Part shown: positions 62,066 to 64,000 of the stretch, one piece after another
Layout: every line of letters starts with the position of its first letter
Numbering within the stretch: the stretch's first letter is position 1
Source: Malacoraja senta
Taxonomy: Eukaryota
DNA: 64,000 bases
NCBI GenBank assembly: GCA_038087875.1
Contig: JAXLNO010001453.1
Span: forward strand, 62,001-126,000
Direction: 5' to 3'
Translations under genes and position numbers: made by a program
Notes under the pieces: generated by a model
What the model saw: the letters and a program-made list of their open reading frames with translations, nothing else
Databases searched by the model: none
What the model was told of the DNA's origin: nothing

Positions 62066-64000
62066 AGGATGTAGTTTAGGCAGGTATTGTCGCAACGTTT
62101 AAGAAATATTGCGACAGGTACATAGATAAGATATGTTAAGAGGAATATGGGCCATTCGTATGCAGGTGGGTGTGCAGATGGGATACGTTGGTCATCGCGG
62201 GCAGTATGGGCCGGAGGACTATGTTTCACGCTGTATTACACTAGAACTCTATGCCAAGATCGAAGAACAAATCACCTTCCGCTTGTGCAAGCCACACGTT
62301 TCTGGAGTTAACATCCGAGTCTTCAACGTTACTATATCTCTCTTCCTCCTCATTTGGAAGAAAATTCGGCATATCGACGACTGTCTTGATTATATTGCCT
62401 CTCGTGATAACGTTCAAAACTTGAAATGTCTATTAACAACATCGTTCGCTCCAGAGAAATAAAATATCCTGACCTATACAGTCTCTCTCGGAATCGAACG
62501 TCTCCAGTCCTGGCAAAAACGTTTTCATTAATACTCTGCCACTCCCCACATTAATGGTATCAATGCTAACATATTGCGATCTGAAGAACATCGCACGTGC
62601 TGTCTCGCCAACGTCCTATACCAGATGTTTGAACTCCACTTATACCCAACTGCGTGGGAGTCCCGCAGTGAAATAAGGCCACACCTCATGCTGGCTGGGG
62701 GAAGAAAAAATCCTACCATCCACATTCAAATTTACTCGCATTGGTTGTAAGCAGATTGTTCATGAACAAGATGGAGAAATGGCCCTCTTTCCGTGCTGTG
62801 TAACATGCAACTACCACTTACAGTGAGAGTTCGTTCAATATACCTGCCCCGCCCACGAGGAAGAGTTGACGCTGCGTCCCTTTAAATATTTACCGTCTCA
62901 TTTGGTACTTTTGCCCTCTTTTAGAGACGTATATCCGATGAACAAAATAATATACCTCCACTGATCATCACCGTGTCTTATTTTAACCCTCCATAACTCC
63001 TCATTCTTTTGTTCGCTGCAGAGGGAAAACGCTTCTGCATTATCCTGTCCATCTTACAATTCACTCCGCCCAATATTAGTACCAGTATTGTGAATAGAGT
63101 TGTATACTCCTTAGTTTAAATGGATCCTTAATGAATTATTTCGAAAAATAATATCCCTCCTCCTGTGCTTTACTGCTCTGTGAAGTTTTTTTTCTGTGAA
63201 TTGCTTAGTTTGAGTGCACAAAATATGACACTTCTTTCTTAGGTCACGACTTTCTTCAGAATGATCTGTTCCCAAACATGTACCGCCGGTCAGACTCCCC
63301 TTAACCGATTCAGTCGGCTCTATCATCTTGCCCATCAACATTCTTGATATCACCAACGGATCAATGCATTGAGATTATTTCGCCCTAATATCTGAAACAA
63401 CATCAAAATCAGTTCACCTCTCGTTTTATGAAATAACACATTACTTTCAAGATAACCTGTAGATCAAGAACATTTCTTGTCGATATTTATTTCTGGTCAG
63501 TTTCCTCGTTACACATAATATTTGCTTATTATTTACTTCAAGAAATGCCAGCAGTTGAAAGATAGTAATGCTGCTGTTGTAGCTGAATTGTATAAGATGT
63601 CGTCTAGAAGGTTGCTGTGATTGACATCATTTGGACCCTGCCCAAGAATGATTCCATTTTCTTTTGAAAATGAGCTGCACGGGGAATCCAGGATCAAATT
63701 ATTAATGGGTGCATGTTAAGTGAATGGAACCGTCTCTGGAAAATGCATTACAAATGCTACAAATAAAATACTGTATAATATCGCAGCATATGTGGATAAA
63801 TGGTATATGACATGTATTTTGCTGCATTAAAAATTTTTCTTTTTGTATTTTTAAAATTGTGTTTAATATTAATTTTATTTTTAATGTACTTCCCCCTAGT
63901 CCCATCTACCTGCACTCAGACCATAACCCTTCATTCCTTTCCCGTCCATATACCCATCCAATCTATTTTTAAAGGAATACATCGAACCTGCCTCAACCAC
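62066..64000. repeat. Start of segmental unit 4 (partial, unit-2 type)
   Basis: Matches 23828-25700, including the gctgcat / AT-filler / CR1 junction. Confidence 0.88.
63892..64000 (-). mobile_element. 3' end of a CR1, same insertion as 25586-28660
   Basis: ccccctagtcccatctacctgcactcagacc... is identical to 25586 onward, with the same flank. Confidence 0.85.

Overview
Eukaryotic genomic DNA from a cartilaginous fish, probably a skate or ray. The taxon is inferred from HE1-type SINEs with (CTAAA)n tails, abundant CR1 LINEs and the GPCR family present. The left end holds one apparently functional T-cell-receptor alpha/delta-type V gene segment on the minus strand: leader exon 2337-2382, V exon 1917-2223, and an RSS with a 22-bp spacer. 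From about 6.1 kb to the window end the sequence is a tandem array of 17-21 kb segmental units starting near 6080, 23828, 45212 and 62066. Each complete unit carries a two-exon class-A GPCR of the GPR139-like type, transcribed away from the V segment. Units 1 and 3 have intact 327-aa genes. Unit 2 is a pseudogene: promoter and exon 1 replaced by a 3.1-kb CR1, an L1 in the intron, a lost splice acceptor and a frameshift. Unit 4 begins with the same CR1 junction as unit 2, which suggests a higher-order intact+pseudogene repeat of about 38.3 kb. The remainder is retroelement sequence (CR1, L1, Rex1/Babar, HE1 SINEs, a miniature Gypsy element, a Penelope-type fragment with a hammerhead-like motif, an 883-bp non-autonomous element) plus two decayed, coding-like segments I cannot assign to a family. 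All alignments and counts were done by eye. No database searches were run.
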